This document shows, piece by piece, positions 55,813 through 64,000 of a stretch of 64,000 nt of DNA. Within the stretch, counting starts at the first letter, position 1, and each line of letters opens with the position of its first letter. The stretch comes from an uncultured Flavobacteriales bacterium. Lineage in GTDB: Bacteria > Bacteroidota > Bacteroidia > AKYH767-A > 2013-40CM-41-45. Under the pieces are notes generated by a model. It was not told where the DNA came from, did no database searches, and was given only the letters and a program-made list of their open reading frames with translations. The translations under genes were made by a program, and so were the position numbers. The stretch spans positions 2,391 through 66,390 of the forward strand of contig CAYHFJ010000003.1 in assembly GCA_964355885.1 (NCBI GenBank), given 5' to 3'.

Positions 55813-56409
55813 TTGAACCTGTCAACTCATAGTTCCAAATCCACTTCTTTACAGGACCGTGTAATACTTGGAATAGATCCGGGTACTAGCATCATGGGTT
55901 ATGGTTTAATTTCCATTGAGGGAAAGCAATTGAAGTTAATTTCCTTAGGGGTGCTCCATCTAAGTAAGTTAAGTGACCAGGGACTCAAGCTCAAGACTAT
56001 ATTTGAAAAAACATTATCTCTGATAGAGGAATATAAACCTGACGACCTTGCCCTTGAGGCGCCTTTTTTCGGAAAAAATGTTCAGTCAATGTTGAAACTT
56101 GGAAGAGCTCAGGGCGTGGCAATGGCAGCCGGACTTTTCAGACAAGTACCCATTTTTGAATACTCTCCAAAAAAAGTAAAGCAGAGCATCACCGGTAATG
56201 GAAATGCATCCAAAGAGCAGGTCGCTGCAATGCTTCAGACCTTACTGAACTTTAAAGAAACTCCTCAGTACCTGGATGCCACCGATGGGCTGGCTGTCGC
56301 GGTATGTCATTATTTCCAAAACAGCAATACCATTGCCGGGGGTAAATCACACAGCGGATGGAAATCATTTCTCGCGGCCAATCCGGAGAAGGTCATGAAA
56401 GGTAAATGA
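55813..56409 (+). CDS. ruvC: Holliday junction resolvase RuvC
   Basis: 198 aa from TTG 55813; no in-frame ATG precedes the catalytic motif. Motifs ILGIDPGTSIMGYGLI and LALEAPFFGKNVQS. Confidence 0.85.
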   Translation: MNLSTHSSKSTSLQDRVILGIDPGTSIMGYGLISIEGKQLKLISLGVLHLSKLSDQGLKLKTIFEKTLSLIEEYKPDDLALEAPFFGKNVQSMLKLGRAQGVAMAAGLFRQVPIFEYSPKKVKQSITGNGNASKEQVAAMLQTLLNFKETPQYLDATDGLAVAVCHYFQNSNTIAGGKSHSGWKSFLAANPEKVMKGK

Positions 56410-56423
56410 AATCAAAATAATTT

Positions 56424-56819
56424 TTAAATAAATTTTTCACGAATTGCCTGCGCAATTTTCTCTAATTCATCACTTGCAATTTTCAGTTTCGGACTGGCGA
56501 AATTCATATCACTCACGCGATTCATAGGTATTAAATGAATGTGGGCATGGGGAACTTCAAGACCGATGACGGCAATACCAATCCTGCGGCAGGGGACAGC
56601 TTTTTTTACAGCGGCAGCAACTCTTTTAGCAAAATGCCAGAACTCCTTGTGGCTTTCATCATCGATGTCAAAAATGTAATCCACTTCCTTTTTGGGAATA
56701 ACGAGCGTATGTCCCTTTGCCAGAGGATTAATATCAAGGAATGCAAAAAAGTCCTGGTTCTCTGCGATCTTATAACAGGGAATTTCTCCACGAATTATTT
56801 TTGAAAAGATACCGGGCAT
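56424..56819 (-). CDS. HIT (histidine triad) family hydrolase
   Basis: 131 aa. GHTLVIPKKEV and HAHIHLIP triad. Confidence 0.9.
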   Translation of the reverse strand: MPGIFSKIIRGEIPCYKIAENQDFFAFLDINPLAKGHTLVIPKKEVDYIFDIDDESHKEFWHFAKRVAAAVKKAVPCRRIGIAVIGLEVPHAHIHLIPMNRVSDMNFASPKLKIASDELEKIAQAIREKFI

Positions 56820-56825
56820 GAAAAT

Positions 56826-57296
56826 TTATCTGGAGATTTCAACAATCTCGAATTGAATATGACCCGAAGGAATAACAATCTCAGCGATCTCTCCGACTTT
56901 TTTTCCCAGCAAACCCTTGCCAATTGGAGAAGTAACAGATATTTTACCCGCTTTCAGATCTGCTTCAGTTTCTGTAACCAAGGTATAGGTCATTTCCTGC
57001 CCATTGGTTTTGTTGCGAATACGCACCTTCGAAAGCATCAAAGCTTTTGATGCATCCAGTTTGCTATCATCAAGCAAACGGGCATTTGCAACGATCTCTT
57101 CCATTTTAGATATCTTCAATTCCAGGAGACCTTGCGCGTCCTTCGCCGCATCATATTCCGCATTCTCTGAGAGATCCCCCTTATCGCGGGCTTCTGCAAT
57201 AGCCTGAGATATTCGCGGGCGTTCCACCTTACGAAGTTGGTTTAATTCATCCTGTAAATTCTTCAGGCCTTCAGCTGTAAAATATTGTACTGTCAT
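56826..57296 (-). CDS. greA: Transcription elongation factor GreA
   Basis: Start set at MTVQYFTAEGLKNLQDEL (ATG 57296). Motifs AREKGDLSENAEYDAAK and a C-terminal FKBP-like domain. Confidence 0.9.
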   Translation of the reverse strand: MTVQYFTAEGLKNLQDELNQLRKVERPRISQAIAEARDKGDLSENAEYDAAKDAQGLLELKISKMEEIVANARLLDDSKLDASKALMLSKVRIRNKTNGQEMTYTLVTETEADLKAGKISVTSPIGKGLLGKKVGEIAEIVIPSGHIQFEIVEISR

Positions 57297-57321
57297 TTTT
57301 GTTTGATTTGAAAAACAGATA

Positions 57322-57361
57322 AAACCAAACAAGACTCCGTTTCCGGAGTCTTGTTTGGTTT
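57322..57361 (-). terminator. 18-bp perfect hairpin terminator after the PorV-like gene
   Basis: aaaccaaacaagactccg, loop tttc, cggagtcttgtttggttt. A T-run follows shortly after on the minus strand. Confidence 0.6.
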
Positions 57362-57381
57362 ACAAATATAAAGATCTTTTT

Positions 57382-58458
57382 TTATAAGGTAAACTTCCCT
57401 CCAAATGAATGTACCCCGTCAAAGGGGTCGGTTGCTCTGTAGGAGTAGTCAATACCGAATTTTTTACCGGATTTCCCAAGAGGAACCTCAATGGTAAGAC
57501 CTGCAGACAAACCTGTATAAACAGTTGTTCTGAGATTCTCATCAGTCAGACCATCCTCGTAAGTATACCCGGCACGCAGCATAAACATTTCACGGAAGGA
57601 ATATTCAAGACCTCCTGTAAATTGATCTTTAGAAAATGAATTAGAAACGAAACTACCTGCAAGGGTCAGTCTGTGATCTTTCATCATTTTAAAATCGTAA
57701 GAAGCTCCGATACTGAGAAGTGAAGGAATTTCAAAGCCGGCTGCACGTTGCTCCAGAGTGAGCTGATACCCGCCGGTTGTAGTAGCTCTGGTAGACAAAC
57801 CATCTCCTCCAAACTTGAGTGGAGTTCCGATATTTTTTAGTGCGATACCAAATTTGATATTGTCCTTTTCTTCATTATTTCCGGTCATGTACTGGATACC
57901 GGCATCAATAGCCAGTCCCTGAGCCCCTAGGTTAGAAATTTTCTCGTCAATAATTTTGAAGTTAACACCACCGTATATTGAATTTGAAAATGCCTTTGCG
58001 TAGGACAAACCTATATTAAGGTACTGAGGAGAATAGGTTCCCAGTACCGGCTCAGGAAGGTCATTGGTAGTGATGTCGATATCACCAAAATCCATGGACA
58101 TAATAGTAAGAGCGATTACTCCGGTTTCGCCAGCCTTTTGCGCGATTCCAAAAGAGTTAAGCGTAATTCCGCTTCCTTGAAGATAGTTTGTGTGACTGAA
58201 GAGCACTTCCGTTTTAAGGGTATGTGCTGTTCCCGCCACGTTCAGAAACTGGGCTTCCAATCCGCGTATCATTCCACTGTTTGCACCATTCCAACCGGTA
58301 GAACGTGCCCAGGGATTAATAAGCAATTCAGCTGCTCCGGCTTGTCCGGCTCGATCCGGGTTTCCAGCCAGAACAATTCCGGAAGGTGCCAGTAAAGCAA
58401 GCAGTGCAATTTTAATTATCTTTCCTGTATATGACTTTCTCATATGTATATTTTTCAA
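57382..58458 (-). CDS. PorV/PorQ-family outer-membrane beta-barrel protein (putative)
   Basis: 358 aa. Signal peptide. GQAGAAELLINPWARSTGWNGANSG...FLNVAG resembles the PorV/LptO N-terminal signature. Alternating beta-strand pattern. Confidence 0.5.
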   Translation of the reverse strand: MKNIHMRKSYTGKIIKIALLALLAPSGIVLAGNPDRAGQAGAAELLINPWARSTGWNGANSGMIRGLEAQFLNVAGTAHTLKTEVLFSHTNYLQGSGITLNSFGIAQKAGETGVIALTIMSMDFGDIDITTNDLPEPVLGTYSPQYLNIGLSYAKAFSNSIYGGVNFKIIDEKISNLGAQGLAIDAGIQYMTGNNEEKDNIKFGIALKNIGTPLKFGGDGLSTRATTTGGYQLTLEQRAAGFEIPSLLSIGASYDFKMMKDHRLTLAGSFVSNSFSKDQFTGGLEYSFREMFMLRAGYTYEDGLTDENLRTTVYTGLSAGLTIEVPLGKSGKKFGIDYSYRATDPFDGVHSFGGKFTL

Positions 58459-58484
58459 AGAGTATGTGTAATTCGTTGTGAAGT

Positions 58485-61400
58485 TTAGAAAGTATCAAGA
58501 TCAAGTGGACGAAGAGCACCAAACCATTTAATCGTTCTTTCACCAATTCCCGGAGCATCCACATGGATAAGATACAAACCACTGGCGATTGGAACACCAA
58601 CTGTATTTTTTAAATCCCAATCAACGGATGTTTCGAAGTTCGTTTTGGGATATGTCTCCCCGGCAGAATTGTTCCGGTCAGATGCAAGGACATCACGTTT
58701 CAATTTACGAACGATAGTGCCATTCGGTGAATAAATCGTGATGGTACATTTTCCGGGAAGGTTGACAATTTTTACTCTGTTGTCAAGCTGATTAGTTTCG
58801 TAACTTGAATAAGCATAGTATGGATTTGGAACAACATTGATAAGACTCAATGCATTCTTGGCCACATCCGTTTGTTTCATTTCACTCACAAGATCATTTG
58901 TGCTGAAACGATAGTATGGTAAGTAATTTGCAAAAGTCGCAGTAGAATCGCTGGTGTATTTACGGTATGGTCGAGTAACGCGAAGACGGACTTTTGCTGT
59001 AGTAGACAGTAAGGTCTGAGATGTTGCCAACAATGGAACACCAACCCACATGCAGTCTTTCCAAACATCACGCATTTTATTATAACCTGCCTGATTATTA
59101 GTTGCACCCCAAAGCTTAGCATGAATATGTTGACATCCATCGTAAGACGGGCCCCATTTACTTGTATCAGTAGCACTAGGCACGTCATACATGTTCTTTC
59201 TGCCAAATACATAAATAAAGTGCTTCCCTCCGGCAATAACTTCTTCATTTTGACCGAAAAAGGCTGAAGTAGGATTGAAGATCATATCACCGCCATTACC
59301 GTCCATAATTCCATTCGTTGGAGACATATAGGAATCTTCCCCGAACGCAATGTTAAGTCTTTCACCGGATTCAACGTCGATTGCATATCCAGGAAACCAG
59401 CTAAAACCCGAGTCAGATTCAGCTTGATGATTTTTGTCGATTGACGAGTGTTTACGAATAAAGCCTTTGGACTGAATCCCTTCAGCTCTTATTTTTAATA
59501 TTTGCATTTCAAATACCACACAACGGCTCCATTTGGATTTGTCAGGGGTTAGCACAATATCAACACTATTATACCATTGAAGGTTATCATTCTGTTGTGC
59601 GTTTGTTCCCAAAACTCCAACACCGGAAAATCCTATACCATCTTTATGTGCAGGGACAATTCCATCTTTAAATTCAGTAACACTTCCAGTTGTATCGTTA
59701 CTGACTAATTTGAAAGGTGCCCATGTGCCCCCAAGAATTTTTTCGAAGTATTGATTGCCATCAATAAATGTTCCAGAAGGAGCGGAAGGAGGTATAAAGT
59801 CAATCTGATCAGTCTTTCCCGAACGAATCCAATTCAAAATAGGAAAATCATCCATGTCAGGAACTCCGGTTAGCCACCTTAAGCTTGGATCTTCAAACTC
59901 AATGGTTCCTTCAATCATACCCTGTCCATTGACTGGCTCTTCACCTGGGGCAGTTACCTGATTAGCGGAAACATAGAACCCATACTTTTCGAAAACCTGA
60001 TCGTAAGGGAATTCAAAGGACTTAATAGCAGTATCAGTCCCATTCGTCAGCAAATTCAAATTCTTCAATACCCAACGCCCACCGGCATAAATTGAATCAC
60101 CTGTGAAAGTGACATTTGAATTAGCATTCACCTTCTTTGACATCACCACCTTGTATGGGCTTGCTGAACCAATAATAGATTTGATTATTACATCGGCTGG
60201 AAACTGCACAAAACCGGCTGTGAGGGATTGTCCCACTTTTATTTTTGAAATATCAGGCACATTTAAAATTGTGTCGCTATTACCACGAAGATCTCCATAG
60301 AACTTATTTGAAGTAACAGTATCGGTGAACCATAATTCATAATTTCCCGGAATCACTTTTACAGGATCATAGATTCGCACATCAATCGGCCCACGACCAC
60401 GAACATAGGTTGGATGCTGGATGACATTGCTTGGCTGAGAGCTATTAAATAAAATCTCGTTTACTTGTGATTGTTTCAAGTCAAGTGAACGACGATCAGA
60501 ACCGAGATTGTAACCATTACCAATACCTGTAATACGGGTAATCTCCGGACCGTCACCATAACTGGTATTCAAAACTAATCCTTCAGCTTCAGGGGCAGGA
60601 ATATGTGGAATACCTGTGAATATGTTTATGGCTTCACCAGAATTTCCTCGCCTTCCGGCGAGATAGGATTTACTCAACCCTTCAACATACGGATCAAAAA
60701 CGTCTTCATCCGGATTATATGCATAAGCAATAGCCATATAATAATATGTCTTATGATTAATAAGCGTTGGCTCGCCCGTCGCAAAGGCATCATTAGTGAT
60801 TCTGAATGTATGACGCAATCCCTTGTTCTCTCCATTCACTTCTTCGACAGGTGCAAATGCATTAATGTCAGGAAGAAAATACTGATTAGTGATACTCGAT
60901 ATACCGTTTTGAATGTCACACTGGAAAATCAAACGTGCTTTGTCAGGATCTTTCAGATCCGTTGCGGCAACTGATTCATCTTTCAATTGATAAACCTGAT
61001 AACCTTCAAATCGATAGTAAGATACTATGGAAGTAACCGCAGGATCTCTTTCAAAATAAAGTTCCCTGTAATTATTAGAACCTTGTTTATTAAGAATAGA
61101 GAAGATAAGTTCCTTATCCAGCTCACGGATCGCCAGTTCAGGTGCATCAGGACCATCGACAATCTTGAAACAGTTATCGAATAATATCTGAGCTTTATCA
61201 TCAGCAAGACGAACCAGCTTAACAGAAGCCAATGGCCCTCCAGAAGAAGTACGCGCCCAAACCGCGCCGGTAGTAATGAAATTTACAGCACCAGGCCTCA
61301 ATGTGAAAGAACCGGCGGACTGAAGAAAACGACGATCATTCGGATTATTAATACCACCGGTAGAGGTTGTCTGAACTTCTGACCATGGAAACAAACCTGT

Positions 61401-62720
61401 CACACCGTTAGTACCCCATCCCGTAGGATCTGTATCACCGGGGAACATGAAGTCACAAGTATCAGCACCGGCAGTCAAATGACCATCTCCTCCGTATACC
61501 AATTTTGTCCCGTCTTTCCAAACGCCACGCAGGTAATCATAGTAATGGGTAGCTGAGGATGGATTTCCTATATCACTAAAATCGTTATTGTAATAAACAA
61601 ACTTGGACATGATAATCTGTTCACCGGCCTCGTCGATAATATTATTTCTGTTATTATCCTTTCCATCCCCCGCATCGGCAAGCGGCCCTTCGAAGAAATC
61701 TATTCCAACGGCAGGAGGATTCAAACCATATCCCAATGCTCCATCGTCATCCGCATCTCCGTTGTAGCAATAGCCGAAACCGCGCTTAACATCACAACCC
61801 ACATAGTCATCAAGGTAGTTTCCCAGATCAGGGTCAATCCAGGATCCGAAATAAGTATCATTTAACTGAAGTGAAGAACGATTGATGATTTTATATTTAT
61901 AGAAAGTCATGTTATTAATTTCGTCATTGGTATTGAAACCAAATGCCTGAGCCTGAATTTCAACACCGATATTAAACGGACTTTCGGTTTCAGAGTGAAT
62001 ATTACCGGCATCATTAAATACCCACCAGATAGTTTGGTCTCCAAGTAGAAATTCACCGCACTCGGCCACACTGGAGAGATTGAATTTTGGGTAATCCCCC
62101 TCCTGGTAAGTGTATTTTCCATCCATGTTATAATCGAAAAACGGAGCCAGATATCTTCCCTGATTGAGAACACTGTCATTCCCTATGGCAGGCCATGTTT
62201 TGATCACTTCAGGGACAGGATAATCATCAACATTACCAACCGAGGCATAATATGCCACAAAATCTTTGACTTCAGAAAGAGTAATCTTCCAATGTTTATC
62301 GTAGGCAATACACACATCATTCCCAATAGTTGCATTTGTTGTGTCAAGAGGACCCGGCCAGAAATCACTTCCTGACTGGCGGTATGTTTGAGCTGCAACG
62401 CGCAGGTTTTGAGATGCATCTTTTCCTCCAATCCAAATGGCACCGGAGAACAAAGAATGCTTGCCTGAACCAAAAGGAACTTCATATTCAGCATTACCTA
62501 CCAGATCCCACCACATATCACCATTAATAAAGATCGGGCAACGAACGTTATTGATATCGAGGTCTGCCCTTGCTTTTGAAGGAGTACAGCCGGCAAAAAT
62601 CCGTTTTCCCTTGCTACCGGGAGAGGCGACCCTTTGTTGTCCCAGATTTTCACGCGCATGAGAAGTCATGGCTAATGAAAGACAAAAGAGAATGAGTGTT
62701 GCTTTTACAAATTTTTTCAT
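58485..62720 (-). CDS. 1411-aa secreted protein of unknown function with a T9SS-CTD-like C-terminal beta-sandwich
   Basis: Signal peptide MKKFVKATLILFCLSLAMTSHA. C-terminus NVVPNPYYAYS...CTITIYSPNGTIVRKL...ASGLYLIHVDA. No catalytic motif recognised. Confidence 0.5.
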   Translation of the reverse strand: MKKFVKATLILFCLSLAMTSHARENLGQQRVASPGSKGKRIFAGCTPSKARADLDINNVRCPIFINGDMWWDLVGNAEYEVPFGSGKHSLFSGAIWIGGKDASQNLRVAAQTYRQSGSDFWPGPLDTTNATIGNDVCIAYDKHWKITLSEVKDFVAYYASVGNVDDYPVPEVIKTWPAIGNDSVLNQGRYLAPFFDYNMDGKYTYQEGDYPKFNLSSVAECGEFLLGDQTIWWVFNDAGNIHSETESPFNIGVEIQAQAFGFNTNDEINNMTFYKYKIINRSSLQLNDTYFGSWIDPDLGNYLDDYVGCDVKRGFGYCYNGDADDDGALGYGLNPPAVGIDFFEGPLADAGDGKDNNRNNIIDEAGEQIIMSKFVYYNNDFSDIGNPSSATHYYDYLRGVWKDGTKLVYGGDGHLTAGADTCDFMFPGDTDPTGWGTNGVTGLFPWSEVQTTSTGGINNPNDRRFLQSAGSFTLRPGAVNFITTGAVWARTSSGGPLASVKLVRLADDKAQILFDNCFKIVDGPDAPELAIRELDKELIFSILNKQGSNNYRELYFERDPAVTSIVSYYRFEGYQVYQLKDESVAATDLKDPDKARLIFQCDIQNGISSITNQYFLPDINAFAPVEEVNGENKGLRHTFRITNDAFATGEPTLINHKTYYYMAIAYAYNPDEDVFDPYVEGLSKSYLAGRRGNSGEAINIFTGIPHIPAPEAEGLVLNTSYGDGPEITRITGIGNGYNLGSDRRSLDLKQSQVNEILFNSSQPSNVIQHPTYVRGRGPIDVRIYDPVKVIPGNYELWFTDTVTSNKFYGDLRGNSDTILNVPDISKIKVGQSLTAGFVQFPADVIIKSIIGSASPYKVVMSKKVNANSNVTFTGDSIYAGGRWVLKNLNLLTNGTDTAIKSFEFPYDQVFEKYGFYVSANQVTAPGEEPVNGQGMIEGTIEFEDPSLRWLTGVPDMDDFPILNWIRSGKTDQIDFIPPSAPSGTFIDGNQYFEKILGGTWAPFKLVSNDTTGSVTEFKDGIVPAHKDGIGFSGVGVLGTNAQQNDNLQWYNSVDIVLTPDKSKWSRCVVFEMQILKIRAEGIQSKGFIRKHSSIDKNHQAESDSGFSWFPGYAIDVESGERLNIAFGEDSYMSPTNGIMDGNGGDMIFNPTSAFFGQNEEVIAGGKHFIYVFGRKNMYDVPSATDTSKWGPSYDGCQHIHAKLWGATNNQAGYNKMRDVWKDCMWVGVPLLATSQTLLSTTAKVRLRVTRPYRKYTSDSTATFANYLPYYRFSTNDLVSEMKQTDVAKNALSLINVVPNPYYAYSSYETNQLDNRVKIVNLPGKCTITIYSPNGTIVRKLKRDVLASDRNNSAGETYPKTNFETSVDWDLKNTVGVPIASGLYLIHVDAPGIGERTIKWFGALRPLDLDTF

Positions 62721-62758
62721 CGTATCGCTAATCTTTTATGATTGGTGAAAATTAATGC

Positions 62759-64000
62759 TTAGAAATTAAGTTGTATTCCCACATGAATACGACGTGGAAG
62801 ATTGTAACTGCTTGGGTTATTCTGCGCGATCTCATACAGATCGATATAAGCCTGTGGACTCACCTGACTATTAATAGCAGGTTGAGCTCCCGGAGAAGTG
62901 AGATACCCGTCATCATCCGGATTTCCTGTGGCACGATACACCTTATTCACATTGACAGAATTCAGCAAATTAAGTATCTGAACATAGAAAGAGGCAAACA
63001 CGGCATGCCTTGACTCACCATCCATCTTCTTACCATATTTAATTTGAAAATCCTTGTTAAATTTGGCATCAATCTTAAACTGCCATGGAAGTCGCGATCC
63101 GTTAAGTGAACCACTGATCACAGAACGACCATTGGCGGCTGTTGTGAAATCCGCCTCAGGAGTAATATTTGATTTTCTTGTATAAGGTGTTCCTGAACCT
63201 GCGCGCAAAACCAAATTAGCTCCTGCATTTGAAAATATTTGCTTCCCCCATAGAATCGGGCCATTGTAATCTTTTCCACTCGCGTAGTGATAGTCAAAGG
63301 ATGTAACGAAGGTATGCCGCTGATCAAAATTCAGAGGCTTCGCTTCACGAAGATTCGTTTGCCCTTGCTGAGCAAGAATTCCTGAACTTGTATTTGGATC
63401 AGATCCTGTTCCATCAGCAAATTGTAAAGTGTAACTCACATTCATTCGGATATTGCTGGTACGGCGAAGGTCATATCCAAATGTCAAACCCTTCACTGTT
63501 CCAAAGTCAATATTTCCGTAGGTCGAATACGTAATCGGATGAGCAAACTGCACATTTATAATTTGTATCATATCACGCAATTCTTTATAGAATGCGGAGA
63601 TTGACAGTGCGGAACTTTTACTCAGTTTTTGCTGAAATGTAATTTCATAATCTGTTGTTTTCTCAGGTTTCAGGTCAGGGTTACTTACTGTGGCGGTTTG
63701 ACCACGAGCAAGACTGGAATACGTACCGGGATCGAATCGAATCAGATTGAGATTTTGAGGACGTTGAGTTAAAACATCATAGTGCGCGGCAAAGTATGCC
63801 TCATCAGAAATCGGGAACGAGAAAGCTACCCTAGGCATTACATTCACTTGCGGTGAGTAATCTTCAAAAATCTTTGTAGTAATACGGCTGTTCTGAGCGT
63901 CATCAGCATTTTTCAGAAAGGGTTGAATCCCTCCTGAAGCACCACCTGTACTTGTCAAAGCATCCAGATTGGTGATGGCATCACCATTCAGATTATACCA
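62759..64000 (-). CDS. TonB-dependent receptor-like outer-membrane barrel, C-terminal part (5' end beyond the window)
   Basis: The frame stays open to nt 64000. NPDLKPEKTTDYE motif and terminal ...HVGIQLNF aromatic residue. Confidence 0.65.
   Translation of the reverse strand, partial: WYNLNGDAITNLDALTSTGGASGGIQPFLKNADDAQNSRITTKIFEDYSPQVNVMPRVAFSFPISDEAYFAAHYDVLTQRPQNLNLIRFDPGTYSSLARGQTATVSNPDLKPEKTTDYEITFQQKLSKSSALSISAFYKELRDMIQIINVQFAHPITYSTYGNIDFGTVKGLTFGYDLRRTSNIRMNVSYTLQFADGTGSDPNTSSGILAQQGQTNLREAKPLNFDQRHTFVTSFDYHYASGKDYNGPILWGKQIFSNAGANLVLRAGSGTPYTRKSNITPEADFTTAANGRSVISGSLNGSRLPWQFKIDAKFNKDFQIKYGKKMDGESRHAVFASFYVQILNLLNSVNVNKVYRATGNPDDDGYLTSPGAQPAINSQVSPQAYIDLYEIAQNNPSSYNLPRRIHVGIQLNF

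Noticed and set aside
1-64000. Whether the aromatic island is a mobile genomic island or plasmid-borne, and whether any defence system, prophage, IS element, tRNA, rRNA or CRISPR is present.
   Set aside because: No integrase, transposase, relaxase, phage, cas or nuclease/helicase-type genes were recognised, and no tRNA-like structures were seen in intergenic DNA. By eye the island's base composition looks like the flanks; this was not computed. Horizontal origin therefore cannot be supported from this window.

Overview
AT-rich chromosomal segment from a bacterium that uses type IX secretion (FCB group, Bacteroidota-like). Evidence for that placement: several ORFs end in T9SS C-terminal sorting domains, a PorV-like barrel is present, and start codons have A-rich leaders without Shine-Dalgarno sequences. 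All calls rest on motif and architecture recognition by eye; no searches were run.

(1) 3-1031: a 5'-truncated T9SS cargo protein.

(2) 1598-23111: a 21.5 kb block of 19 co-directional, tightly packed or overlapping genes. It reads as a complete ATP-dependent (class I, Thauera-type) anaerobic benzoyl-CoA pathway:
- a bcrCBAD-like four-subunit reductase;
- an ACSL-type CoA ligase;
- an orphan single-subunit HGD-D/double-cubane-like protein, translationally coupled to an unusual ketopantoate-reductase::activase fusion;
- thiolase, Had (Zn-ADH), Oah/BamA and Dch;
- a 3-hydroxyacyl-CoA dehydrogenase::hydratase fusion;
- a MocA-like protein, a hemerythrin and an SDR;
- a 4-hydroxybenzoyl-CoA-reductase-like Mo enzyme with fused 2Fe-2S/Mo subunits and an FAD subunit carrying a Cys-rich loop.

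(3) 23329-26710: an alpha-oxoamine synthase, GNAT and reductase cassette resembling bacterial sphingoid/capnoid lipid synthesis.

(4) 26846-31852: two large secreted proteins.

(5) 31853-35995: a repeated hairpin element flanking an ECF sigma gene and a GT2 gene, followed by a TMTC-like TPR glycosyltransferase.

(6) 36054-44963: a 2969-aa protein with the order LTD, CotH, LTD, 21 Ig-like repeats, T9SS sorting domain.

(7) 45270-64000: mostly housekeeping genes (di-haem peroxidase, DUF58, trxA, dnaE, OppC-like permease, GT2, LPG-synthase-TM protein, ruvC, HIT, greA), then an operon of TonB-dependent receptor, 1411-aa protein and PorV-like barrel.

No rRNA, tRNA, CRISPR array, transposase or integrase was recognised. 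The most novel-looking item is the orphan HGD-D protein plus reductase::activase fusion inside an aromatic-degradation island in this lineage.
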